Below are positions 51,324 through 61,317 of a stretch of DNA of 64,000 nucleotides, piece by piece. Source of the DNA: an uncultured Acidobacteriota bacterium. GTDB taxonomy: Bacteria > Acidobacteriota > Vicinamibacteria > Vicinamibacterales > 2-12-FULL-66-21. How positions within the stretch are numbered: the first letter of the stretch is position 1; each line of letters starts with the position of its first letter. The DNA lies in NCBI GenBank assembly GCA_963784195.1, contig CAWARA010000031.1, forward strand, positions 124,113-188,112, in the 5' to 3' direction. Made by a program: the position numbers and the translations under genes. Under the pieces are notes generated by a model. The model saw only the letters and a program-made list of their open reading frames with translations, ran no database searches and was not told where the DNA came from.

Positions 51324-51878
51324 TTATTCGCGGTACGTCCAAGGTGACCGCCGTTCGCGGCCAACGTCGCGTTCTGCTCGGCTCAATTCGGATGCCACCC
51401 GCCTCGAGATTTCCTTCGCCTCTCCCGTCTCGAATCCATCCGCGTGCTTCCAGCCGCTTGATCCGAATACCTTCCCAAAGGAGGCCGGGTCGGTGATCTC
51501 CGGTTTGGACGCCACCTCGTTTGCGTGCTGAAGCTCGTGCGCCAGCAACGCCGTCAACTCGTCGGGTGAGCGCCCGAATCTGTCTAGCTTGATCAGAAGA
51601 TGCCGGCGGCCGGCACCTGCCGGAGCCCAGAGCAGACACGCCGGGACGCCTCCGGCGCAGCGCGAAAACCTGACGTAGACGATGACGTCTCCCTTTTCGA
51701 GCCGGGCGTTCAGGTCGCGAAACGTCGCGGAACGTTCCATGCCGTTGGCGATCAGCGCCCGGACGCCGGCGTCCTCCGGCCGAACCGCGGGTGACCCGCT
51801 CTGCGCGGCTACGGTGTCCGCACCCGCCGCCGCGATCGCCGCGAGCGCCACCCCCACCATCCCTCGCCACATAGCCAC
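51324..51878 (-). CDS. Secreted hypothetical protein with a HExxH-like motif (AHELQHA)
   Basis: Signal peptide MAMWRGMVGVALAAIAAAGA. Convergent with the preceding gene. Confidence 0.5.
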   Translation of the reverse strand: MAMWRGMVGVALAAIAAAGADTVAAQSGSPAVRPEDAGVRALIANGMERSATFRDLNARLEKGDVIVYVRFSRCAGGVPACLLWAPAGAGRRHLLIKLDRFGRSPDELTALLAHELQHANEVASKPEITDPASFGKVFGSSGWKHADGFETGEAKEISRRVASELSRAERDVGRERRSPWTYRE

Positions 51879-52026
51879 CTCCCGCGGGGACCGATCGGCG
51901 GCCCCGCGAAGGTGAAGGTGGCGTAGCGCGGCTCACGAAATCCTTAGCTGCACCTCACAAACGCGCTCAATTCCTCTCATGCGGATGGAGAGAGGTCTGG
52001 GAAGGCGGTAAGATCAGCGCCAACTC

Positions 52027-54198
52027 ATGCCCAACATCGCTCCCTGCGCAAACTGGGAGTTCGACGGATTCCAGGTGCTGACGGAGCTGCGCCTCCTCCT
52101 CAGCGACGGCACAGCTGTCCCGTTGACGTCGAAGGCGTTCGATACGCTCGTGCTCCTCATCGCGAACCGAGACCGCGTCGTCACGAAAGACGAACTGCTC
52201 CGGTCGGTCTGGCCGGATGTCGCGGTTGAAGACGGCAACCTGACGCAGCAGATCTTCCTGCTCCGCAAGGCGCTGGGGGAGAGCGCGCAGCAGCCGCGGT
52301 ACATCGTCACGGTTCCGGGTCACGGCTACCGATTCACGGCACGCGTGAAGGCGATCTCTGACGACCCGGCCACGACCGGCGTCGCGACAGCCGGTGCGGC
52401 ATCGCTGCCGACCGCCTCGAGACCCGGTGTGAGGTCCATTGGGACAGGTCTCGTGGTGTTGGGCATCCTCGCCCTTTTGGCGATGGTGTTCGGCTCGGGC
52501 TGGATGGCGGTGGACAAGGCAGGGCCGGCCCTGGACTTGACGAAGGCTCGCATCATCAAGATCACCGAAAGCGGCAAGGCCACGAATGGCGCCATCTCCG
52601 CCGACGGCCGGTACGTCGCCTATGTCGAGAACGATGGCGATGAGTACAGCCTCTGGGTGAAACAGGTCGGCACTGGTGGGAAAACGCAAGTCGTTCCACG
52701 CCAGCCGCTCGCGCTGGCGCATCTGAGCTTCAGCCCGGACGGCGAGTACCTTTATTTCGCGCGGCGCAGTCCGGGTAGTGCGATGTTCATTCTCTCCCGA
52801 GTCCCGGTCATCGGCGGCCTCGAGACGCCAATTCTTGACGATGTCGATTCGCCCGTCAGTTTCTCACCCGATGGACGCGAGTTCGTGTTCCAGCGCGGCG
52901 CCGGCCCCGAGTCTCACATCGTCGTTGCCGCTGCCGGAGGCGGCTCTCAACGGATCCTGGCGACGCGAAAGTTCCCGGTCAGGCTTCTCGCTGTTCGCGC
53001 CGGACTGGTCCCCCGACGGCAAGGTGGTGGCGGCGGCCGTCGATCGATGGGAGCAACGCTCGCGGTGGTCCATCGTTCTTCTCCCGGTGGACGGCGGCAG
53101 CAGCCGCGAACTCTACACGAGCGACAGTCGCCTCGGCCGTCTCCGCTGGCTGCCCGACGGATCGGGGCTGCTGACGGTCATCTCGGAAGGGCTGGGAGCG
53201 ACCGCCAATTCGGCCGTCGTCTCTGGGAGGGGCGATCTGGCGCATCGGGTACCCAAGCGGTCGAGCCGAACGCCTGACGTCCGATCTGGCCAACCACGAT
53301 CCTTGTTGCCTGGACATTCGGCGCGAATGGCAGCGCGTCGCGAACGTCATCAATACGCTCGTGTCGGACCTCTGGATTGCGCCGGCCGATCGCCTGGACG
53401 CGCCAAGGCAGGTCACCTGGGATCACCCCGTGGTCTCGCGTCACAGCTGGTTACCGGACAACGACACGATGGTGTATCGCGACTTGAGCGGACGCTTGAA
53501 TGCCGTCCACAAAGACGGCCGGGCATTCAGCCTGCCGTTGCCTGACGGGCAGGAGGTGGTGGGAGGCGTCTCCGCCTGCGGCGACGGCCGCTACGTCGTC
53601 TTTTCAACACTCCCGGGGAAAAACATCTGGCGCGTGACGCCCAACGCCGGCGGCGCGGTCAAACTCACCAGTGGCTTTAACGACTTCAATCCGGCGTGTT
53701 CTCCTGATGGAAAGTGGGTGTTGTACGCCTCGCGGGAACCAGACCATGTCTCGCTCTGGCGGGTCTCGATCGAGGGCGGGAAGCCGACGCCGTTGGACAT
53801 GGTCGATAGTTTCGACGTGCTGCCGTCGCCGAGCGGTCGGATGATCTACTACTCGACGGCCGATGGAGGAGCGCCCCGTTCGCATCAGACAGGACCGGTG
53901 GGTCGTCATTTCGTCCAGCGATCGGAAGCGGCTCTTCGCAGTCGATGCAACCGGCGACGCGACCATCGGGGTGATGACGAACTGGGCGCCGGACGAGAGC
54001 GGCCTCGACTACGTCGTGACCCGGAACGGCGTGTCCAATATCTGGCGGCAGCCGCTCACCGGCGGGCCACCCGTGCAGATCACGAACTTCAGCGTCGGAA
54101 AGATCTTCAGCTTCGCGTGGTCGCCCGATGGCCGATGGCTGTCGCTCGGCAGCGGCGCCAACAGAAGTGACGTCGTCCTGATGTCACGTCAGCCTTAG
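52027..54198 (+). pseudogene. Winged-helix (OmpR/CadC-type) DNA-binding domain + TM + TolB-like PD40 beta-propeller fusion protein, with three apparent +1 frameshifts
   Basis: N-terminal trans_reg_C (WEFDGFQVLTELRLLLSDGTAVPLTSKAFDTLVLLIANRDRVVTKDELLRSVWPDVAVEDGNLTQQIFLLRKAL...GHGYRF) and a TM helix. PD40 repeats continue in frame 2 from about 52970, frame 0 from about 53225, and frame 1 from about 53877 to the stop at 54198. Shift sites lie in aaag/gggg/cccc runs. Confidence 0.7.
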
Positions 54199-54296
54199 CC
54201 CGGCTTCCAGTCCGCCGAGTGGCGTGTCGATGCGACAAGCACCGGTTGGGAGCAGATCATTCAGTGGCAAAGGCGGCGAATGAGTAGCGACACGGA

Positions 54297-55841
54297 TCAA
54301 CGTGGGTCCGATGGATGTCGCGATCGCGAGCGTGCTTCGCGGCGGAACTGCCGCCAGGCTGTTGCCAGAGTGTGATCTCTGAGCCGCTCCGCGTCGACGT
54401 CATCCTCGGTCCTGCCTGCCATCGCAATCGCGGAATTCCGCTGTCCGTACACCGTGAACCCGGCTCTCCCTGGGAACAGGTGCCCGACCAGGTCGAACCT
54501 GGCTAACGGCACGTATCCGGGCGGGGCGGCCTGGTGCACTTCCGTTGGGACGTTCTCTAACACCACATAGGTTGACGGCAAGATCATGCGTGAATTGAGC
54601 CCCGAGCCGTCGATGAACGTACGGCGGCCTTCATAGGCGACCCAACCGAATCCGCTCTCCACGACTTCGGTTGGCGCTGCAAACTGATCGATGAAAACGC
54701 CAGCCAGGCGGCGATCCGAATCGATGGCGTTCGCCAAAGCAATCGACGGTGGATTCCTGGCCTCGGCGAGCATCTGGCGCCAGTGGGGAATCGCTACGAG
54801 GACGAGGACGACGGCGACCACCGCCTTCCACCCGTTCGTGCCCGCCGCGGCGGCTCCTGATGCGGCCAGCCAGGTCAGAGCAGCCGGAATAGCCAGGTAC
54901 CAGGGGTAGAGGTCACCGAGATTCACCACCGAATAACCCGCGCTATGGATAAGGAACCACCCGAAGATACTGACGACGATCATCCGGCGCGAGGGCGTTG
55001 CCTTTGCCGACACAACTAGCCCCATCACGCCGAGCACCCAGAGCAGGTAGCGGGTGTCGAAAGCCATGAATTCGACGACCCACAAGTGATGCATCGCCTT
55101 TTCAGATCCATGCGTCAACTTTGCGGTGAGCGATTGAGGCCAGGGCCGGCCGAAGTAGGCCCAGGCGAACAGGAACCACGGCAGGCTGACGAGCGCTGCG
55201 GAAACAAGCGTGCGGACAGGCAGACGCCGGTGCGCGATGATTGACGCGGCGGTTATCGCCAGGATCAGAGCGGCCGCATCCAGCTTCGTCACGAGCGCCA
55301 GGCCGAGAAATCCGCCTGCGACGACGTCGCGCCTCGCGTTCGAGGCGAGGATTGCCGCCAGTCCAAGGGAAAGCGCGAGCGGCAGTTCGAGACCCGCGAG
55401 AGCCTGGGTTCGCCAGAACGTGTCGACCGGGACTGCGAATGCCACGAGCAGGCCCATCCACACGCCTGCGGCCTGCACGGTGAGAGCACTCGCGAGCACC
55501 GCGGCGAGAACATAAAACGCAGACGCCAATACTCGCGCGGTGCGTTCGACATCCAGCCCCACCCGCGGCCCGAGTGAAATCAAGAGCGTCCACAGCGGAT
55601 TGCTGGCGCCACAGACGCGCTCGTGGTCGTTGTAGGTAAAGCCTTGACCGTTGGCCAGGCGCTCGGCGTATCGCAGTCCAATCGCCGCATCGTCGCCGAG
55701 GATCGTCGGCTGCGCCGCCACGCTCAACCAGGCCGACAGGATTGCTGCGAGGGCGTAGATCGCGATGTGCTGCCAGGGGATCTGGCGGTTGCCGGACCAG
55801 GAGCGCGCGCCGCTTGCCGCGATCGACTCCGATGCGATCAC
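54297..55841 (-). CDS. Polytopic membrane glycosyltransferase (GT-C fold, ArnT/PMT-like)
   Basis: More than 10 predicted TM helices. The N-terminal region resembles GT-C/GT39 loops (YAERLANGQGFTYNDHERVCGASNPLWTLL). Confidence 0.55.
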   Translation of the reverse strand: MIASESIAASGARSWSGNRQIPWQHIAIYALAAILSAWLSVAAQPTILGDDAAIGLRYAERLANGQGFTYNDHERVCGASNPLWTLLISLGPRVGLDVERTARVLASAFYVLAAVLASALTVQAAGVWMGLLVAFAVPVDTFWRTQALAGLELPLALSLGLAAILASNARRDVVAGGFLGLALVTKLDAAALILAITAASIIAHRRLPVRTLVSAALVSLPWFLFAWAYFGRPWPQSLTAKLTHGSEKAMHHLWVVEFMAFDTRYLLWVLGVMGLVVSAKATPSRRMIVVSIFGWFLIHSAGYSVVNLGDLYPWYLAIPAALTWLAASGAAAAGTNGWKAVVAVVLVLVAIPHWRQMLAEARNPPSIALANAIDSDRRLAGVFIDQFAAPTEVVESGFGWVAYEGRRTFIDGSGLNSRMILPSTYVVLENVPTEVHQAAPPGYVPLARFDLVGHLFPGRAGFTVYGQRNSAIAMAGRTEDDVDAERLRDHTLATAWRQFRREARSRSRHPSDPR

Positions 55842-55903
55842 AGTGGTTGGCAGAAGGGGGTTGGCAAAGGTGTGCCCGGTTAAGTATTCTACTCTTTCGA
55901 GTT

Positions 55904-55978
55904 GGGCGCTTGGCTCAGCGGTAGAGCACCGCCTTCACACGGCGGGGGTCAGTGGTTCGAATCCACTAGCGCCCACCA
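55904..55978 (+). tRNA. tRNA-Val (anticodon CAC)
   Basis: Cloverleaf readable: acceptor gggcgct/agcgccc, D-loop tggctcagcggtagagca, anticodon stem ccgcc/ggcgg with loop ttCACac, T-arm ggttcgaatcc, 3' ACCA. Confidence 0.9.
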
Positions 55979-56232
55979 ACTAAAACAGAATTAATCAGTA
56001 ATTACAGCGAACGAGGCGCCACCGTTGGCGCCTCTTGGTGTCTCAGGTGTGCATTAGTCGTGCGCTGTTGAAGGCGGGGCCTGGATGGCTAAAGCAGAGC
56101 TTGATCTCCGGAAGAACCTCTTACAAATTGCAGGGAGCCGTAGCATCGGCTGGTGCGGCGTCCGGGGCTTTGTCCCGGTCGTCGCTGCCGGAGCGTTTTA
56201 CAGAATGAACGCTACCTGGCAGCCGGTCTTGC

Positions 56233-56265
56233 GCCAGCAAGGGGGAGAGATGCGTGGGACTCGCC
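56233..56265 (+). repeat. 33-bp direct repeat, copy 1 (GCCAGCAAGGGGGAGAGATGCGTGGGACTCGCC), containing the Shine-Dalgarno and ATG of the lipoprotein gene
   Basis: 30 of 33 identity with 57020-57052. Confidence 0.7.
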
Positions 56266-56996
56266 CCGCACACCACAGTGCAGATGACCAACGTGAGGAA
56301 TCCATGACGCCTCGACTGACACGCCTCTCGGGGACCCTGGCTGTCGCGCTCGTCGTCGGCGGCATCGGTTGTTCACCGACCGCGCCGGCGACACCACCGA
56401 CCGCGCCGTCGGCACCGCCGTCGGTTTTGAACGACCTCGTGATTAAGGGAATCGTGCCAGTAGCTGGAGAGCCGGCGGAGCATACGGACGTGCGGATCTC
56501 AGGTGACGGCTTTCAGCCCGGTGCGACCGTGACATTCGATGGTAGCGCGACGACAGCAACTGTCGAAAGTGGACACTATATCCTCACGACGGCGCCGCCT
56601 CATCCAGCTGGCGCAATCGACATCGTCGTCATCAATCCGGACGGCCGAACGAGCCGCTTGGAGAAGGCGTTTACCTACGTCGAAGATCTCCTAGCGAGCG
56701 GTGACATCACTATCGGCTCCGGCGACTCGGTCAAAGCAACGCTTAATCCACACGATAGAACGTGCACGTTCGACGATACTGCCTGCCGATTGATATTCAT
56801 CCGGGCACCTGCTGATGACATGGTCGAGGTAGAGCTAGTATCGTTAGATCGTCGGGAAAGCATCGGCTTGTACGACCCGATGCCATTTAGGGCGCCGAGT
56901 CACTTCCCGAAGCAATTGACAGTGAGGGGCGGTCAACAGGTGTGGGTCATCGGAGAGGCGGCGCTGTTCAGACTGACGGCTCGCCTTGCGAAATGA
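56250..56996 (+). CDS. Lipoprotein with an IPT/TIG-like domain
   Basis: Strong Shine-Dalgarno AAGGGGGAG before ATG 56250. Lipobox VVGGIGC; a second possible start at 56304. Pro/Thr/Ala linker, then ISGDGFQPGATVTFDG (IPT/TIG-like). Confidence 0.6.
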   Translation: MRGTRPAHHSADDQREESMTPRLTRLSGTLAVALVVGGIGCSPTAPATPPTAPSAPPSVLNDLVIKGIVPVAGEPAEHTDVRISGDGFQPGATVTFDGSATTATVESGHYILTTAPPHPAGAIDIVVINPDGRTSRLEKAFTYVEDLLASGDITIGSGDSVKATLNPHDRTCTFDDTACRLIFIRAPADDMVEVELVSLDRRESIGLYDPMPFRAPSHFPKQLTVRGGQQVWVIGEAALFRLTARLAK

Positions 56997-57019
56997 CGAC
57001 CGTCGACCGCAGCCAGTCG

Positions 57020-57052
57020 GCCGCCAGTAAGGGGGAGTGATGCGTGGGACTC
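57020..57052 (+). repeat. 33-bp direct repeat, copy 2 (GCCAGTAAGGGGGAGTGATGCGTGGGACTCGCC)
   Basis: It sits immediately after the lipoprotein gene stop and encodes only an 11-codon ORF. Confidence 0.7.
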
Positions 57053-57064
57053 GCCGATCGAGAC

Positions 57065-57346
57065 TCATAGCGATGACCGCAGCGAAGGCACATGAAGCTC
57101 TGTTCCCACTTTTCTGCTTGAGGGCGTTCCGAGCGCGAGCTTCATCGTTTCGTGCAGTCGCCGCAGCGTGTTCTTGCCTACGCCTCGCCGGATTGACGAT
57201 CCACCGTTGAAGGATAAACCGGGGCTGAGGGCCGGCCTGATCACGTTCGGGTCTACTTCTGCCGAACGCACGGTTTCTTCCACTTCAGCGACACCAAGCA
57301 ACTCACGGCCGGTCTGTAGCCAACCCAAGCGCACGTCAGAACTCAA
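57065..57346 (-). pseudogene. Possible decayed C-terminal fragment of a tyrosine recombinase/integrase (very tentative)
   Basis: 'LQTGRELLGVAEVEETVRSAEVDP' loosely matches the integrase C-terminal 'IQELLGHSSITMTERYAHLSP' (about 8 of 19 identical). Low-GC context about 1.1 kb from the tRNA-Val 3' end. Confidence 0.2.
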
Positions 57347-57457
57347 GGGGAAGTCCTCAGAGACCCAAGGGGAGGTCCCGAGAGACTTCGGGCTCTCTTG
57401 CTGGTAGCGTGCAAACCCTCGCGTTGTGTCGCAGTAGTAGCAGGCTCGGAGGCAGAA

Positions 57458-57664
57458 ATGATCACTCCACCGTTGCCGCTGAATTGCCCCTGCCCGTTCT
57501 GCAAATCCAACGACGTCGATTTCGCGGCCATAGGTGAGCGCATCTTATTCTGTCGGTGCAAGCACTGTTGGGCCCAGTTCAGCATTAAAGATTTTGATGC
57601 GCGCGAACAGCGAGTCGTGACAGCGAACCCACCGCGCCGATCTGGCTCGCGCGTTCAGCGCTGA
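57458..57664 (+). CDS. Small zinc-ribbon protein (CPCPFC...CRCKHC), hypothetical
   Basis: A 68-codon ORF with two CxxC pairs, in a low-GC region. Confidence 0.35.
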   Translation: MITPPLPLNCPCPFCKSNDVDFAAIGERILFCRCKHCWAQFSIKDFDAREQRVVTANPPRRSGSRVQR

Positions 57665-57801
57665 TCCAGCTACCAGCGGCGCGGATGACATATCTGGCAA
57701 ATCCGGTCATCGCCAGCGACAAATCTGACGCCCGCTAGAACACGCTCTGTGGTGGAGTAGGTGTGTGGATGTCATAACGCCGTTGATCGGTGCTTGGGCC
57801 G

Positions 57802-58095
57802 TCAACGTCCCCTCCACCCGTCTCGGATCATCGCGTCTCGCCACTCGTTTGCGATCCTCTGGATGTCGGCGGGATCGCGCACGAACTGACTTCGTGTGAA
57901 CGTGTCGTTCACGAGCAGACGGATCTCCCAGCCGAGCGGATGCGTCCAGAGCAAACAGACGGCGCGGACGCCGGTCACCCTCGTGAGGGTGAATAGTTCG
58001 CGGATCTGCTCGGGTGGACCGTTCCAATGCTTTCGTTGTGAGACGGACACTGGCCGATCACTTTCACACGTGCGTTTGCTAAAGCGGCGGAGCAT
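57802..58095 (-). CDS. Hypothetical protein (islet-borne)
   Basis: The C-terminal about 75 aa look protein-like (WNGPPEQIRELFTLTRVTGVRAVCLLWTHPLGWEIRLLVNDTFTRSQFVRDPADIQRIANEWRDAMIRDGW). The N-terminal part of the longer ORF is low-complexity. Confidence 0.3.
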   Translation of the reverse strand: MLRRFSKRTCESDRPVSVSQRKHWNGPPEQIRELFTLTRVTGVRAVCLLWTHPLGWEIRLLVNDTFTRSQFVRDPADIQRIANEWRDAMIRDGWRGR

Positions 58096-58612
58096 GTCGG
58101 CCCTGCGATGACCGACACGCTCCTGACCACACGCCGCTGACAGGGCGGGAGCGTGTGGTGCTGTACATCGTAACCGAGCGGCGTTCGTCCGATCGCCGTG
58201 TGTCAAAAGCGCACAGCTCAACGGACAACGTCCGCGAAGCAATAGGCTCGCGATATTCAGTTAAAAAGAGCCGCAGCTTCGAAGCCGACCTTGTCCGCCC
58301 TGATATCGTCCTCGTCGAGATACCCGGCATCGATAAGATCATCCGTTATTTCGCCGAAGTCGATTTCCTTAATCGAGGCATTGAAATGCGCGGCACTGAC
58401 GCCACCGAGCACGAAGGGCCGCACGGGTCCGCCGGTCGGCACGAGAAACTTAACGCCCCCACCGTAGTACGTGGCCGGTATCGTGCCGTCCAACTCCCAC
58501 CGCACACCGGTGAGACTTGTGAGCGACGCGGCTGCCGAATCGAGATCCGCTTGCCGCAGTCGGCAAGCGCGAAAACGAGAGGCCACACGCGGCTCCCAGG
58601 TGTGCGCAGGCG

Positions 58613-59743
58613 TTGACAGTGCGCGTGCTTGTCTGTACAAAGTCCTTTGCAATGCTGCGGATGTGGGTCCGGCGGATTGTTCTTGCACTCCTCGGTGCCG
58701 GTGCCGCCGGCGTGCTCGCGCTGTGGCTGGAGCACCGCCTGCCGACCGAGTTGCCCGCGCCGACTGGGACCTTCGCACTCGGACGGACAAGCTACACGTG
58801 GGACGGCATAGGCGCCTGGGTGTGGTACCCTGCCGCGATCGCAGCGCCCGCCGATGACTATTTGCCGCCGGCGATTCGCACCAACTGGGAGCACGAGCGG
58901 CCCGCGTTCATCAACTTTCTAACTCGCGATCTCTCGAGCGTGCGCGGCCACAGCGCCAATGACGTAGCGATTTCGAACGCGGAGCCAAACTATCCAGTCG
59001 TCATCCTGCGCGCCGGTGGATCGGGGTCGGCGGCGCTGAGCTTCTCGTCGCTGGCCGAAGACCTCGCCAGCCACGGCTATGTCGTCGTAGGACTTGATAT
59101 CGCAACCACAGCTAATCCGGAACTCTGCGCGGGCCGCAACGACGACGAAGACTGCGCGACGAAGATCATGGCGCCGCTTATCAGCCGCATCGGCCACGCC
59201 ATCGATCACCTTCAGGAGCTCGCGGAGTCCGATGCGCGCTTCAAATCGAGAGTCGACCTCACACGCGTTGGCGTGTTCGGTCACTCCTTCGGCGGCGCGC
59301 AGGCCGCACAGTTCTGCTCGCAAGACACCCGCTGCAAAGCCGGCATCAACATCGATGGCCGGCCGTTTGGCACCGTCATCACGAACGGAATACCGGTGCC
59401 GTTCATGTTTCTGCTCTCCGATCACGGCACGCCGAAGGACGTCGTGAGCCAGCGCATTCTGAGTCAGATACAGGCAATTTACGATCGGCAGCCGCACGAC
59501 TCGCGCCTGCGGGTTGTCATCCGCGGCTCGCACCACTTCACGTTCAGCGACGATGGCGCGCTGCTGAAAAGCGCCGTGTTCCGAGGAGTGCTGCGCGTCC
59601 TTGCCGGCCTCCGGATCAATGGCCGCCGTCAAGTGGAAGTCACAGCTTATGCTGTGCGAACGTTCTTCGATCAGCATCTCAAGGGTGGGGCCGACAGTCG
59701 AGGCATTCTGGCAACGGTTCCTGAAATTGTGGTGGTACCTTAG
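58613..59743 (+). CDS. Alpha/beta hydrolase, PAF-acetylhydrolase-like lipase family, N-terminal TM anchor
   Basis: Nucleophile elbow GHSFGG and a plausible catalytic Asp/His downstream. The start is uncertain (58613 or 58652). Confidence 0.65.
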   Translation: MTVRVLVCTKSFAMLRMWVRRIVLALLGAGAAGVLALWLEHRLPTELPAPTGTFALGRTSYTWDGIGAWVWYPAAIAAPADDYLPPAIRTNWEHERPAFINFLTRDLSSVRGHSANDVAISNAEPNYPVVILRAGGSGSAALSFSSLAEDLASHGYVVVGLDIATTANPELCAGRNDDEDCATKIMAPLISRIGHAIDHLQELAESDARFKSRVDLTRVGVFGHSFGGAQAAQFCSQDTRCKAGINIDGRPFGTVITNGIPVPFMFLLSDHGTPKDVVSQRILSQIQAIYDRQPHDSRLRVVIRGSHHFTFSDDGALLKSAVFRGVLRVLAGLRINGRRQVEVTAYAVRTFFDQHLKGGADSRGILATVPEIVVVP

Positions 59744-60039
59744 GCGGCAGGCACCCCAGCGGCGAATCACTTTTGAACTTTAAAACTGCGCCGCTGGCGG
59801 AGACGGAGATCTGCCTATCGGAGACTTCAGTGGGGTTTGCAGACGGCCTGCCTTAGTGTCGCAACGCGACGCTACGAAGCGGCATCGTGCTTGTTAGACT
59901 TCGCTGGGCTTGGCCTAGTAGCCTCGACGATGAATCAACCACCGGGCGCGGAATCACGCGGCTAAGAACGGGCCCGTGAATCGCGCTATTCAGCTGGCGA
60001 CGAACTGCAGCGCGTCGTTGTCAGGTTTTGGTAGAGGCT

Positions 60040-60543
60040 CTAAACGATTCGGTGGTCGACTCGCATGGCGGGGTACCCGACGACGCCGATCCGGGCAAGA
60101 ACTCTAAGCGGCAGGATCGCGTCGGGGTCATCGCCACCGGACGCGAGGGTATAGGCACTCGCGTCGCTCGCCCACAGTTCAGCGCCCGACTCCTGCTGGA
60201 GCACGCCCAGCCCGCCGGCATGGTCGGGATGAGGCTCTGAGTTTAGGAGCACCTTGACGTCCTTGATGCTGAAGCCAAGCTTCGCAATGCTCGCGATGAT
60301 CATCGGCGCGGTGCTGGGATAGCCGCCATCGAGCACGATATGGCCCTCGGGCCCAGTGATGAGAAAGGCCGCGGCATCGGTCGCGCCAACGTAGTAGAGG
60401 TTGCCAGCGATGCGGAACGGTTCGGCGGGCCCCTGCCCGCCTCGCTTTGTCGCGTTCAGCCACCTACCGACGAGCACCAGCGCAAGAACACTGGCCAGTG
60501 CCAGGAGGACTACCAACCGGTATCGCTTGGTGAAGTGGGGCAA
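60040..60543 (-). pseudogene. Truncated B3 metallo-beta-lactamase-like paralog (N-terminal half only)
   Basis: The 167 aa are homologous to the N-terminal half of the 12854..13723 MBL (signal peptide, ...NLYYVGATDAAAFLITGPEGHIVLDGG..., first metal motif as SEPHPDH). The stop comes before the GHT.G/His motifs. No continuation in other frames. Confidence 0.45.
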
Positions 60544-60896
60544 CCGTCACTCTCCCCGTGCCAGTTCGCTCAACCCGGACTGATTCTGGCAGCCGAGGGC
60601 AATGCCACGACGCTCCGCGCGCGTCAAGGCCACGCCGCCTGCGGCGGTGCGCTGCGTGCAGCCTTGACCCGTGCTCGCGCCGCGGCCGTACTGCACCTAT
60701 GCGACGAAGGAGACTCTCGTCGCTCAGCACTCGAAGAGTTGAGTAATGGAGGAAGCAATTTGCGGAGGAGTCCAGATACGTCTGTTAGCCACAGTGCCAC
60801 CTCTCCATGGGCGAAGGTAGAATCATGCGTGATCGTTCGCCCCGTCGATTACTGGCGCCAGATGACGAAACGATCGGACGACCGGGTCCATGTAGA

Positions 60897-61295
60897 ATGA
60901 CGCGCATGAGACGACACCTTGGAGGCTTCATAGCGGGGATCGCGATCGGTGCGGCGCTCGCTACCGGCGCGTTCCTGGCGGATTCCCTCGGCGCGGCCGC
61001 CGTCGAGGCGGGCGCGCAGGGTCAGGCGACGTCGACGATCGTGTTCGAGAACGCGCGCGTGCGCGTAAAGAACGTCACGTTCCCGCCGGGCGTCACAGCC
61101 ATGCACACGCACGACCTCCCCCACGTCGGCGTGGTCATCCAGGGGGGTACGCTCGAGTTTCGTTATCCGGACGGCAAGTCCGAGACTATGAAGCTGGAGC
61201 CCGGCGGCGCCGGCTACCGCGATGCCAACGTCACGCACCAACCGGTCAACCCTGGGAAGACTCCGGTCCAGGTCATCGAAGTCGAGCTGAAATAG
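60897..61295 (+). CDS. Cupin domain protein, secreted
   Basis: Signal peptide [28 protein letters not shown]. Cupin-like motifs ([14 protein letters not shown]...). Confidence 0.55.
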   Translation: MTRMRRHLGGFIAGIAIGAALATGAFLADSLGAAAVEAGAQGQATSTIVFENARVRVKNVTFPPGVTAMHTHDLPHVGVVIQGGTLEFRYPDGKSETMKLEPGGAGYRDANVTHQPVNPGKTPVQVIEVELK

Positions 61296-61317
61296 GCTCG
61301 CAGCCAGAATCCAGTCC

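Noticed and set aside
58257-58595. Minus-strand ORF fragment with beta-barrel-like C-terminus (…GVSAAHFNASIKEIDFGEITDDLIDAGYLDEDDIRADKVGFEAAALFN)
   Set aside because: It looks protein-like but has no start and overlaps the 5' region of the lipase gene on the other strand. It is kept only as a possible relic in the islet finding, not as a feature.
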